A stretch of DNA of 64,000 nucleotides from Octopus sinensis (GCF_006345805.1 NC_043014.1:9362001-9426000), one strand, 5' to 3'. Shown: positions 1 through 11,801, counted from the stretch's first letter. Numbers and translations are program-made. The notes: generated from the sequence alone by a model not told the origin.

Positions 1-108
1 CTCACCTGCGACGGACTAGCGTCCCGTCCATGTGGGGAATCTATACGCCAAGGAAACCGGGAAACCGGCTATTATGAGGTAGGCGTGGCTCCAGAAGGAA
101 CAAACAAC
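1..108 (+). mobile_element. 3' tail of tRNA-Arg-like SINE (family B, tail type E), truncated by window start
   Basis: Matches the reverse complement of the tail of the complete copy at 62146-62458 (cacctgcga..cccgtcca..tatacgccaa.gaaaccgggaaaccgg..ttatgag..ggct..agaaggaacaaacaa). Confidence 0.8.
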
Positions 109-140
109 TATATGAAATATTGACTGGCTATTGACACTAT

Positions 141-333
141 CTTCTCCTACTCTTCTCCTCTGGAAGCCATCTACTCGCAATACCAGAGGGCGCACACTCT
201 CCTACCCTGATGTAATATCCAGGGATACAGGCATCCAGCAACAGGACCTCCGTAATGCCATGATGGACCGTGAAGTCTGGCGTAGCATGGTAAATTCCAT
301 TGTCTCGACCACAGTCGAACAATGATGATGATG
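141..333 (+). mobile_element. 5'-truncated RTE-clade LINE 3' end
   Basis: ORF 131-325 reads W..RGRTLSYPDVISRDTG...LRNAMMDREVWRSMV, typical of an RTE ORF2 C-terminus. It ends in a (GAT)n tail and is flanked by the 11-bp TSD ATTGACACTAT (130-140, 334-344). Confidence 0.8.
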
Positions 334-1007
334 ATTGACACTATTTAGTTCATTCTCCTTATTGGATTTTTTCTCCATCCCCCCAAAAAATGTGTAGAAA
401 TTAAACCCCTCACCAAACAATCTTGGTGGGTTTCCCAGTTTGGCCGTCCCCTAAGAGAGCATACCATATAGTATACAGCATTACGTGCAACTAGTTTTCT
501 TAGCACCATTTACGACTGAACTAACGGATATGACACAAATATGCGGCATGTATGCGGCATGTATGAATCTTACTATTTATGTTTCTCTTATGAATATCTA
601 CGTGAGACCATATTCTGTACAGTTGAACAAGATACGAATAACATAGTCATGAGAATATAATACAATAAATTCGAGTTGGATTGAACAGTTCTGATATTGT
701 CAGGGTTCCATAGAGGCACGTAAAAAGACGATATATCGTTAACATGATTCGGAAACTTCGGTTTAAAAGTTTCCGTGATTATATCCTAACTATAATAATA
801 TATTGACTGGAAACAAATTGTCTATAATTTTCTGGCATAAATAGAAATGATTTATTCTCTACGGACGATCAATCATTAGCCTGCATATTGTTAAATTCAG
901 GCTGAACTCATGCATTAAATACAGCCACTGATATTAGTAACTATATTGAATTTTTCTCCAAGGAAATATAAATTTATGCAAGGAAATAAGTTCTCACTGT
1001 TGCAGAC

Positions 1008-1168
1008 GTTTTCATTGGCTGGTGTCGGTAGAACTAAGTGTAGTTTAGATTTACCATACATGCATTAAGCTGTTGAATACATATAATTTGTTTTCATTGG
1101 CTGGTGTCGGTAGAACTAAGTGTAGTTTAGATTTACCATGCATGCATTAAGCTGTTAAATACATATAA
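1008..1168. repeat. Two-copy tandem repeat, 82-bp period
   Basis: gttttcattggctggtgtcggtagaactaag...atacatataat occurs twice with 2-3 differences. Confidence 0.95.
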
Positions 1169-1218
1169 TATATTTTCAAGATTTGCTTGAAACGTTTGAA
1201 TATATTTAGTAAAGACCA

Positions 1219-1667
1219 GGGTCGGATCTTTTTGGTTTGAACGGCAGTTTTTTCTAGCGGTGTCATATGAAATTGTCACCCATAAATATGACCTTAGTAT
1301 CGATCTATTGCATTTCAATCTGTTTTAGGGTTAGGGTTAGTTAGGATTAGGGTTAGGGTTAGGGGTGGGGGGAAGGGTATATTTTTCTCTTCAGAAATGT
1401 AAATAAATCCAATCTGTTTCTTAAATGAGGGACTTTATCATACGGCACAGAATGTTTTCACCTCCAATAGACGTCATTGATTGGTTGAAATTGCAGAAAT
1501 TGAAGAAGAAAAAAACAACAAATATCTTACAAACTATAGAATTTTCTCAATAAAGCCAAGAGAAAAACATGTTTTATAAACACATTCTACCAGTATACGA
1601 AGTTTAAAAGTGTTTAGTTACGTGGAAATTATTAAAAAAAACTGCCGGTCAAACCGAAAACATACCC
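1219..1667. mobile_element. Non-autonomous TIR element (MITE/Helentron-associated type) with internal TTAGGG repeats
   Basis: ttttggtttgaacggcagtttttt (~1230-1253) is inverted with aaaaaactgccggtcaaaccgaaaa (~1636-1660); ends are GGG...CCC; degenerate (TTAGGG)6 at 1325-1364. No TSD identified. Confidence 0.65.
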
Positions 1668-2071
1668 AGTGTCCAAACCGAGAGTGCAGAGATACTGGAA
1701 ATGCTGTAGCGGTGACCAAAATTTCTTAATGGAAAATGTTTAGGGACGACATTTTGAAATATGCTTTTTCCTTTTACAGAATGGTTCGGTGTGATTTATC
1801 TGGAACTTGGCAGTTATTGTTTGATTGACAAGCCACAGCATACAAGCTTCCTTATTGATTCGTAGTTCTTTGTCATGGAACAGCTTGTAGTATTTCATAT
1901 GACATCGAGGCTTAGCCAGCCACACGAACTGAATGCAAAGAAATAGTAGGAAAACGTCTCTCAAATTATGACATGGAAGCTTAAATTATGAAGTACATTT
2001 AGATTTAGAATGTGAGATGTAATATATGACATAATAGAATGCAGTATAAAATAATATGATATATTATAATA

Positions 2072-2258
2072 TGTGGAGGCGCAATGGCCCAGTGTTTTGG
2101 GCAGCGGACCAGCGGTCGGAGCAACGCGGTTTCGATTCCCGGACCGGGCATTGTGTGTGTTTATTGAGCGAAAACCCCTTAAGCTCCACGAGTACAAGAC
2201 ATTTACCGAAGGTGCTATGCAATGGGATTGAACCCAGAGCCATGTGGTTGGGAAGCAA
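2072..2258. mobile_element. Fused SINE heads: family B head (+) joined to family A head (-)
   Basis: 2072-2191 matches the B head up to aagctccacgag; 2197-2258 is the reverse complement of the A head (ttgcttcccaaccacatggctctgggttcaatccc...). Confidence 0.75.
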
Positions 2259-2289
2259 TAATATAATATGATATTGTATAATATATATA

Positions 2290-2319
<30 letters not shown>

Positions 2320-2324
<5 letters not shown>

Positions 2325-2560
2325 CCGGAGTAAACACATAAATGTGAAACAAGGTGGAAAAAAGAGTACTCAAATACCAGTGGTAGAGTAATATGCTTTA
2401 TTTTAAGCAGCAGAAAATTCAACAAAATCTGTTACTCTGAGTTTCTCGTTGCCGTTCATCAGACAGTTTTTGTTAGAATCTAACAAAAACTGTCTGATGA
2501 ACGGCAACGAGAAACTCAGAGTAACAGATTTTGTTGAATTTTCTGCTGCTTAAAATAAAG
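2320..2560. mobile_element. Penelope-like terminal-repeat remnant ending in a perfect palindrome (2396-2560)
   Basis: 82-bp arms (2396-2477, 2479-2560) are exact reverse complements and carry a minimal hammerhead motif. Inverted partial terminal repeats with hammerheads are typical of Penelope-like elements. Confidence 0.7.
2482..2535 (+). ncRNA. Minimal type I hammerhead ribozyme motif (mirror copy on - strand at 2421-2474)
   Basis: CTGATGA 2494-2500; stem II a-cg-GCAA-cg-a; GAAA 2511-2514; palindromic stem III ACTC-A-GAGT; cleavage triplet GTA 2521-2523; stem I CTGT/ACAG plus 7 further bp after one A.A mismatch. Confidence 0.75.
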
Positions 2561-2990
2561 TATATATATATATATATATAATAAATTTTAGGGTAGCAAA
2601 AACATTCTAGAAAAAATCTCCGCTACCAGTGGTCTAGCGAGAAGGAAAAATAGACAATAGACTATATAATATACATTTAAACACATAAGTGATGGCCATA
2701 ATAGGACATCTGACTCACTAGAAAGAGCAGATAAACTCCAAACCACTAATAGTTGTAATTCTGGAATGAAAAGAGAAATAAAAATGTTTACCCTATCTTT
2801 CCTGGACTATGCATAGTTTCAGGCAATCTTTTTGTAAATAGAATAAAATAATTCTAATTTACGATTGGCGTTCATCTGGAATAAGGAAACGCCAACAAAT
2901 GACGGATGCCGCAGCAGCAGCAGTAGTAGTAGTAGTAGTAGTAGTAGTTGTTGTAGTAGTAGTAGTAGTAGTAGTAGTTTACTTTTAAAA

Positions 2991-3287
2991 TTTATTTATG
3001 CGCCCTTTTCAAGCCTAGCCCGGCTCTTGGGCCCGGTTTCACGGTTTCTGTGGCGTATGTGTTCCCCCCAGCTGTACGGGACGCCAGTCCATCGCAGCGT
3101 TACTCAAGAAACAGGAAGAGAGAGTGAGAGAAAGTTGGGGCGAAATAGTACAACAGGGGTCGCCACCACCCCCTGCCGGAGCCTCGTGGAGCTTAATGAT
3201 CACACACAACGCCCGGTCTGGAAAACGAAACCGCGATCCTCTGACCGCGTGTCCGCTGCCCTAACGACTGGACCATTGCGCCTCCAC
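2991..3287 (-). mobile_element. tRNA-Arg-like SINE, family B head with tail type D
   Basis: Reverse complement has the head gtggaggcgcaatggtccagtcgttagggcagcgga (A box), a B-box region, and the tail ...gcgatggactggcgtcccgt...ggcttgaaaagggcgcataaataaa. Confidence 0.85.
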
Positions 3288-3897
3288 AGTAGTAGTAGCA
3301 GAGATCGCTAATTGCTACATTTTTACAAAAGCTACGACTCTCTACTTTGATCAACGTGACAGTCACTCATTCTGATATATCTAATAACATTCTAATGCGT
3401 TCAAAAAAACCTATCTACCAAATGAGACACAGATGTGAGTTCAGCTCATATAGTAATGAGCAACTTATGTGACAAATATATTTTAACATCAATTATTTTC
3501 TTAGAATCCGCGCATAAACAGACTTGAAATAATTACTTAGGAGCTACATAGAATAATAGCAGTGAATTTGAGCTTGTGATATTCAACTGCGTTGTCAGTT
3601 TATTAAAGGCAATTGCCAGTAAGTTTGATATAAAGGAATTGTAACTGTCAATTAATTTACAAATACTTCCAGCAGGATCATTATTAGCTGAATATATCAT
3701 TAATTTCCAACAATTCTTGATAACAAAAGAAAGTTTATAATGAGCGTCAAGAAATCACTTTTGTTTTATAACGAAAAACAATCTGTTTCAAAGAAGGTTT
3801 TGTTAGACGCACCTTTTCCCGACATTTAAATATTGGAAGATAAGTTTCTAGAATCACTCGGACTGAAGGTCACAAAAAGGTAGATAGATATCTTTAT

Positions 3898-4320
3898 AGG
3901 CGCAGGAGTGGTTGTGTGGTAAGTAGCTTGCTAACCAACCACATGGTTCTGGGTTCAGTCCCACTGCGTGGCATCTTAGGCAAGTGTCTTCTGCTATAGC
4001 CTCGGGCCGACCAAAGCCTTGTAGGTGGATTTGGTAGACGGAAACTGAAAGAAGCCTGTCGTATATATGTATATATATATATATATGTATGTATGTGTGT
4101 GTATATGTTTGTGTGTCTGTGTTTGTCCCCCTAGCATTGCTTGACAACCGATGCTGGTGTGTTTACGTCCCCGTCACTTAGCGTTTCGGCAAAAAGACCG
4201 ATAGAATAAGCACTGGGCTTACAAAGTCCCAGGGTTGATTTGCTCGATTAAAAGGCGGTGCTCCAGCATGGCCGCAGTCAAATGACTGAAACAAGTAAAA
4301 GAGTAAAAGAGTAAAGAGAG
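3898..4320 (+). mobile_element. tRNA-derived SINE family A (bipartite, internal microsatellite)
   Basis: aggcgcaggagtggttgtgtggtaag head with GGTTCAGTCCC B box; internal (TA)n(TG)n; 3' ...ccagcatggccgcagtcaaatgactgaaacaag(taaaagag)n. Repeated many times in the window. Confidence 0.9.
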
Positions 4321-4703
4321 AGATACCTTTGATTTTCATCGTAAGCAATCGTGCAGAGGAGACATAATGCAATAGTAATGGGCGACATATTTTAACAATT
4401 ATTTTCTTAGAATCCGCGCATAAATGTATGTGAACCTAGCTTAATTCTGTTAGGTGAATATTACAGCACCTTGGCTTTGCAAACCTTTGTGTAATGTTAC
4501 GAAGTTCTGCCATGAGGTTTGTGCTTTGATTGGGGAATTATTGTTTGTTATAATTTCATTGATAACGCTGATAAAGCTCTACTTATTTTAGCTAGCATGG
4601 TATTTATGACAAGGGAATAACTACGCAGAATTAGATTTAAAAAGTGGCTGAACGGAGGAAGAAGAGAAAATTAATTATTTTGGTATATTAATTAGCATTA
4701 CAG

Positions 4704-5086
4704 AGCAGCCGCAATGGTCCAGTGGTTAGGGCAGCGAACTCGCGGTCATAGGATCGGGGTTTCGATTCCCAGACCGGGCGTTGTGAGTGTTTATTGAGCG
4801 AAAACACCTAAAGCTCCACGAGGCTCCGGCAGGGGATGGTGGTGATCCCTGCTGTACTCTTTCACCACAACTTTCTCTCACTCTTACTTCCTGTTTCTGT
4901 TGTACCTGTATTTCAAAGAGCCGGCCTTGTCACTCTCTGTGTCACGCTGAATATCCCCGAGAACTACGTTAAGGGTACACGTGTCTGTGGAGTGCTCAGT
5001 CACTTACACGTTAATTTCACGAGCAGGCTGTTCGTTGATTCGGATCAACCGGAACCCTCGTCGTCGTAACCGACGGAGTGCTTCCA
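4704..5086 (+). mobile_element. tRNA-Arg-like SINE family B, full length (OR1/OR2-like; name unverified)
   Basis: A box tggtccagtgg, B box ggtttcgattcc, tail ending gtaaccgacggagtgcttcca; possible TSD ATTACAG. Confidence 0.9.
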
Positions 5087-5833
5087 CCAGTATTACAGTG
5101 GTTCTTAACCTTTTTACTACCATGCTTCCCCTAGGAATTTGTCCTTCTCTCCATGCCTCTCTTGCATATATGAATGAATTTCCCTCCCAGATTTTAAAGT
5201 TCTTTTTTTTATTGAAGATGAATAATTCACATTAAACAAAGTATGTATAATTTTATGTATAATCACATTATACAAAAAATGAGACACTTGACACTGTTTC
5301 TTAGCCAATTAAAAAAGCGTTTATTTGAATATGAATTAGTCACATTATTAGTGAGATATTAGAGAAATTCCTACTTCTTCTCAAAGGTTCACCCCGCCTT
5401 TTGGAAATTACTAATACCCCACTAGGAGATCGCACCCCCTCCAGATTAAGAACCTGTGTTAGTATTATCACATAGTTTTATGTATTGTAATAATATATAT
5501 CACCAGCAAAATAAATGAGAAAGCGAAGAATACTATCAAAACGTAGTAATACTGACGACTTAGAGAGCGAAACGATAGGATACCACACACAAAATAATTC
5601 TACATTTTCTCAAATGAATAGTGTTTCTCTGAAAAGCTAAACTATTATGAGTTTTGAAGAGCAACGTTTACACTCAGTGAAGAACGCAGGGTTTCACTGC
5701 AAAATGATTGCAACTGTAATTGTATAAACCACATTGGTAAAGTTTCCCAGATTTACTAAATAATACGTTGTGCGCATGGTATCAAGATGATCGGGATTTT
5801 AACGATAGCATTCAATAATATAAGATGGTGTAG

Positions 5834-6064
5834 GGCGGTGAGCTGGCAGAAACGGTAGCACGCCGGGCGAAAGGCTTAGCGGCATTTCGGCTGCCGTTAC
5901 GTTCTGAGTTCAAATTCCGCCAAGGTCGACTATGCTTTTCATCCTTTCGGGGTCGATAAATTAAGTACCAGTTACGCGCTGGGGTCGATATAACCGAATT
6001 AAGCCCTTTCTCTGCCCTTGCTTGTCCCCTCTGTGTTTAGTCCCCTGTGGGCAATAAAGAAATA
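5834..6064 (+). mobile_element. tRNA-derived SINE family C monomer
   Basis: ggcggtgagctggcagaaac head, gagttcaaattcc B box, gcttttcatcctttcggggtcgataaattaagtacc core, tail gtgggcaataaagaaata; TSD-like tataaga(t/g)ggtg. Confidence 0.9.
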
Positions 6065-8340
6065 TATAAGAGGGTGATTGTTTTTTGTCGTTACAACAGC
6101 CGAAATAATTTCACCAATGAATTTACATACCTTTTGTTTTTGAGTACATGAGTAAATATACCGTCTTAATTATAATTCGGATCTTCTAGAATGCAGTTGA
6201 AATGACGCCATATTTAGCCATTATATCCACATAAATATTACATTAATCTTAATATTGTATATCCATATACCTGCTACAAAATTATACCTTATTTTAGCTA
6301 GATCGTGTGTAGTAATAGAGGCCATTAATAAAATTTGCTTGCAGGTGAATGGAAGTTATTCGGTAGCAGACGAAATACAAACTGAAACACCACAAACTGT
6401 ATTAAGATAAGAATTTAATCTTACTTTAAACGTTGGTAAATACTTTCTGGAAACTATTACCGGCACGGAAATGTAATCACGCATTTTCGCATTTCACGTA
6501 GAGTTCGAATCAGCATAACCATAATATAAGCATAGTTATTAATTCAAAATATAATTGCATAGTCGCCATCGTTACGAACATCATTTCCCATCTTGCTACT
6601 AGATTTATGATGCTTTGGGCAGAAAGTAAAAGACAAAACGAACGCAAACAGGTTCATTACTAAAGAAAAATATTTGGAATACCTTGCTGAAATAACCAGA
6701 AAAAAAATGATAATCTGAAGGGTATAGGTTTCATTAATTGGGACGGCTAGATAGAGCGTCCTAGGATAATGACTTGAATTTGCCTAGATATGTTGCAGTA
6801 GGATTTCCTCTCTGTTAGAGTTGGTTGGTTTTGACAATAAAGTTCTGTGGTGATGCTGTTCGTTTGTTCAAATAATTTGAAGTAAACAATAACTATTGTG
6901 AGTGACTTGATCTGAGATCGTGTGGTGGAACGTAGTCAAAGCGACGAAAATATTTTGCCAAATTAAATTTAAATGATGAAGTGAATCTAACGGTTTTTGT
7001 GTGTTTCTTAAATGGCTTATAAACATCTTCCACACTGCAATACCTCTTGTATTCCACCAAATGTATATTAGATTTTAGACTGGAGTTTCATTTGGATATA
7101 GGCAGAGCTTCTTGGGTGTATTGGTAGAATAAAGTCCCTTTTTTTTCTTTTGCTGACTCAGATCACTTCAGTACTTTACCAGTGGAAAAAACATACAAAC
7201 GTGGATTGATCCCTAATACGTCGAAGCGGTACTCAACTAATTTTTCTCATTTGAAATCCATACAAACACACACAACACACACAAACACACACACTCACAC
7301 CACACAAGCACACTCACAGTCTCTCACACACACACAAACATGCACGCAGGCACACATACACACACGTATGTGTATTTGAGTAGAGACATTTATATTACTG
7401 TTGATTAACATCAATGATCAATACATGGGTTCACCACTGAGACGTCGAAGCGGTACTCAACTCATTTTTCTCTTTTGAAAATCCAGTATTTTCTTAATAA
7501 TTCAGAAAGCTTGATCTTAGATGAAAGAATGTTGCACTAACGATGCCAATTACATCTTTTTCAATGAATACATTCACTATATCTTTTATGCTGATTTGAA
7601 TTCCTTGTATGAAACATAACATTACTTTCCGGTTTCCTTCGTGATATTCTGAATCATTTCAAATATCCCTGATCATAAACGGGCAAGATGACCTAATGTT
7701 ACGTGTTTAAACTGAGTTTATTCCTTCTTCATTTCTGTATATCTCGTTGCCATATGAAATTACGTTACCAAAACGTGATGCTAATGATGTTGAAATATAG
7801 AAAAACTGATTATTATATATCAATCATATACCAGTTATAGTGGCCAGAAGATCAAGTATGTGAGGTCGTTGTGATATTTGAAAAATAGATCTTTGATCAT
7901 CGTTTGGAATTGTTCAGATCTCATATTCCATTAAATTTCAAGTAAACCACCACCATATTTTCCTATTCTTATAATACACAATAAAAAGATAAGTTTTACT
8001 CGTTTTAACACACCGGTTCTTTACGAACTGGTAATGGCGGTTTGTTAGATTCATAGAGTCTTTGATGAATCGCTTTCAAAGTATCAATTATGGAGGCAAA
8101 TACATGCCCGAACAAATTTTATCAAGAATGGAGCGATATCAGAACGGCTAATGTTGAACAATAAACTTCTTAAAGAAGGCACTTTGACCAAGCATATGTT
8201 TTAGCAGTCATCAGGTTGACCACGGATATGTTGTTCGATAAAACACAGATTCCAAGTGCAATGCGCACGTCCTTAATCAATTGTGGTACTTCTTCATCTC
8301 TGTGAAATATGCTTTTATGACCATGCCTAAATGATAAACG

Positions 8341-8484
8341 GCTGTGTGGTAAGTAGCTTGCATATGGTTTCGGGTTCAGTCCCATTGCGTGGCACCTTGG
8401 GCAAGTATCTTCTACTACTATAGCCTGAGCCGACCAAATCCTTGTGAGTGGATTTAGTAGACGGAAACTGAAAGAAGCCCGTCG

Positions 8485-8520
<36 letters not shown>

Positions 8521-8790
8521 TGTATGTATGTATGTATGTATGTAGTATGTATGTATGTATGTATGTATGTATGTGTGTGTGTGTGTATATGTTTGTGTGT
8601 ATGTGTTTGTCCCCTCAACATCGCTTGACAACCGATGCTGGTATGTTTACGTCCCCGTAACTTAGTGGTTCGGCAAAAGACACTGATAGAATAAGTACTA
8701 GGCTTACAAAAAATAAGTCGTGGGGTCAATTTGCTCGACTAAAGGCGGTGCTCCAGCATCGCCACAGTCAAATGACTGAAACAAGGAAAA
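8341..8790 (+). mobile_element. SINE family A with expanded internal (TATG)n
   Basis: Both conserved halves are present around a ~115-bp microsatellite. Confidence 0.9.
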
Positions 8791-9119
8791 GCGTATGTGT
8801 ATTGATGCCAATACAAGATCAGAATATTCCATTGTTCATAAATTATATTTATGTCAGTTGTCCAGAACAAATTCAGACATTGATGAATACAAAACAGGTG
8901 GTAGTTCACAATCTGTCTTTCGTTTCCTAGTTCATCTAGAATGACATATTAAAGATATTATGGAAGAGAGCGAACATGATTTAAATTTACAGCAACCGTA
9001 CATAATATAACTTCACTGTGAACCAGTTTACAATAATGATATTAGTTTATGCGGTGACTACCGCTTATGTTGCAGCCAAATGCAAAGTCTCATTGGTAAT
9101 GTCGAATATTTGATTGCAT

Positions 9120-9538
9120 AGGCACAGGAGTGGCTGTGTGGTAAGTAGCTTGTTTACCAACCGCGTGGTTCTGGGTTCAATCCCACTGCGTGGCACTTTG
9201 GGCAAGTATCTTCTACTATAGCCTCGGGCTGACCAAAGCCTTGTGAGTGGATTTGGTAGACGGAAACTGAAAAGAAGCCTGTCGTATATGTGTATATATG
9301 TATATATATATATGCATGTGTGTGTTTGCGTGTCTGTGTTTGTCCTCCTAGCATTGCTTGACAACCGATGCTGGTGTGTGTATGTCCCCGTTACTTAGCG
9401 GTTCGGCAAAAGAGACCGATAGAATAAGTACTGGCCTTACAAAAGAATAAGTCGCGGGGTCGAGTTGCTCGATTAAAGGCGGTGCTCCAGTATGGCCGCA
9501 GTCAAATTACTGAAACAAGTAAAAGAGTAAAAGAGAGT
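9120..9538 (+). mobile_element. SINE family A, full length
   Basis: Same head, halves and (GAGTAAAA)n tail as 3898-4320. Confidence 0.9.
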
Positions 9539-11770
9539 ATTATAGTTTAGATAATAATGTAGACAATGGTACAGTCATACCTGTAGAATATACAAAATGT
9601 TTCACCTAGATATAACATATGTGCAACCCTGTGAAAAATTTGGCATTGCGCTTGATTTGCTGAAAATTGCCTGGAAAGTTCACAATGGAGTCTGTCAACA
9701 TGTGTCTAACCTTGAATCGTAATTTTCCACGTAAATTTATTTAGTGGTTTCTTTAAAGTGTAAATAAGTTGTTTTGAAGTTATTTGTTTTTTTACATAGA
9801 GACAAAGCTCTATGTGAAATCGTCACATGAGATAAACAAACTATTAAAACAAAAATAAAAATAAAGCAAGTCCTAAGAATACTTTTAAAGGGCGACTAGA
9901 ATCAAAGAAGATCTACGAAAGACATAAGAGAGGAAAATAGAAATATGTGGATACGTTCAGAATCAGTGTGAATGAATGAATTCCTTTTGACGTTGCTTAA
10001 ACCAGTGCCTGTTGCAATTCTGAAACGAACTACAAGAAAATATCTTCCCAAATCGTTTTATTTAATTTATTACTAAAAATCTTTTGCTATAAAATTTTTA
10101 TCTGATACTATATATATAAAAACAAAATTATTACAATATTTGAAAAACTCTCCAGTCTTGATGACTAACTGAAGATATCTCAGAAAAATACAGGTATTGC
10201 AGAAATATGATGGATTATCATTCTGGTCCTTAAAAAGGGCCATGGAGGCTAAAGGGTTAAGTACGAGTATCACTGAAAAAGAACGATAATTATATAAAAG
10301 AAAACGAGAATTTGTTAACCCTGAGAAAGAGGGTGTTTATGCGTAATACATTTGAAAGAAAATAATTCAAACTATATATATAAAGCTCTTGAACAAATTA
10401 TTACAGGTTTTAATCTCTTTTCTTGTGTTGTATTATGAAAAACTAGTTGCAGACGTGATTTGTAACCGTTGTTGACTGGTAAACTATAAATCTTTCTACG
10501 AATTTTAGAACATGTTTATATATTCTGTATTGCTTATTAATACCTTAGAACTAAAATGTAGTTCAATAATAACGCACATACGTAACAGCTATCACACAAG
10601 AAGCCTACTTAAGCTAAATGGTAAAAGTGAATTCAGAAATGCATATGGGTAACTGATGTGTTAAAACTAATAACAGATTAAGCTACAATTGATAGAATTC
10701 TGCGCAATTCACTTCTTTAATCTGAATAGTTAAAAACCCGGAGTTCAATTGTTTGAACTTGTTATGTCGCACATTCGGATGACCTCTACCCGATTCCATT
10801 CCACTCTTCTGTTCTAATCTTCTCTACTGCTACTCTGCTCCAACTGATACTCAATTCTACTCCACTCTACTATTCTCCCCTCTCGACGTCTAGGCTTCTC
10901 CCTCTATGTCTACGTATTGGGGGCGTCCAGACAACAGAACTGCATTTCGCAAAAACCTGAACTTTGTAATAAGAAATAATAAGTGTTTTTAAATAGAGCG
11001 AAAAATAACAAATATAACGTTACTAAAGACTAATGTGTTCTACAAGGATGTATACACACACAAATGTTCTTAGATAACATTCAATATGTTTTTTCCTTGT
11101 ATATGTATGCCACGTTATACAGTATGACTTTCAGTTGTAGCATATGAATTAGGTCTATGACTGAATTTATTGCCATGTAAAAGCAATTAGGTATGTATCT
11201 AGATATCGTATGTCTTATTTCATGGTTCTGGGAATTGATGACACATGTAGAAAGAGACTATAAATACAAATTTTATTTCTTTTTTATGTTGAAATCCTTG
11301 GAGGCAGATATTTTAAAATTATATTTAAAGCGCATCTGTATAGAGTATTGTGTATGTGTGTGTGTGTGTATGTCCGAGATTTTGTATATGAAAATAGTGC
11401 TCCTATGTTTAATATTAGGAACATTTCATGAATTAATCATCGTGAATTTAAATATAAAATGAATTATTGATGTACCTTTGTTTATGACCAAGTGAAATAG
11501 TGGTGCTCCGTAAATTATTTATACTAAAGTGACTTCCAGGAAATATTTGCTCAACTAATTGATGCTTTTAGTTTCTCTATTAATTTTATGAATTATGAGG
11601 CAAAGAAGACATTTCCATTAATAAATTATACAAACAAGGAACTTTAATTCCAATGCATCATTCTAAATTCCCCACTTATGAGGAACTGTACACATTGACC
11701 AAAATATAATTCTCAAGATTTTAGACATAAAAAGCCTACCAATACATACATAACGAAACACACAAACACC

Positions 11771-11771
<1 letters not shown>

Positions 11772-11801
<30 letters not shown>

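Noticed and set aside
1325-1364. Chromosome end or true telomere
   Set aside because: Only about six degenerate units, internal to a TIR-bounded element.
4704-4780. tRNA gene (A and B boxes, Arg-like)
   Set aside because: No acceptor stem or proper cloverleaf; continues into a SINE body and occurs in many diverged copies.
4787-5235. Recurrent ORF MVVIPAVLFHHNFLSLLLPVSVVPVFQRAGL (also 14763, 15737, 58255, 60028)
   Set aside because: Incidental open frame in SINE family B, not a gene family.
5549-5585. CTGACGA-cttagagagc-GAAAC possible hammerhead
   Set aside because: No NUH triplet pairing with stem III and weak stems.
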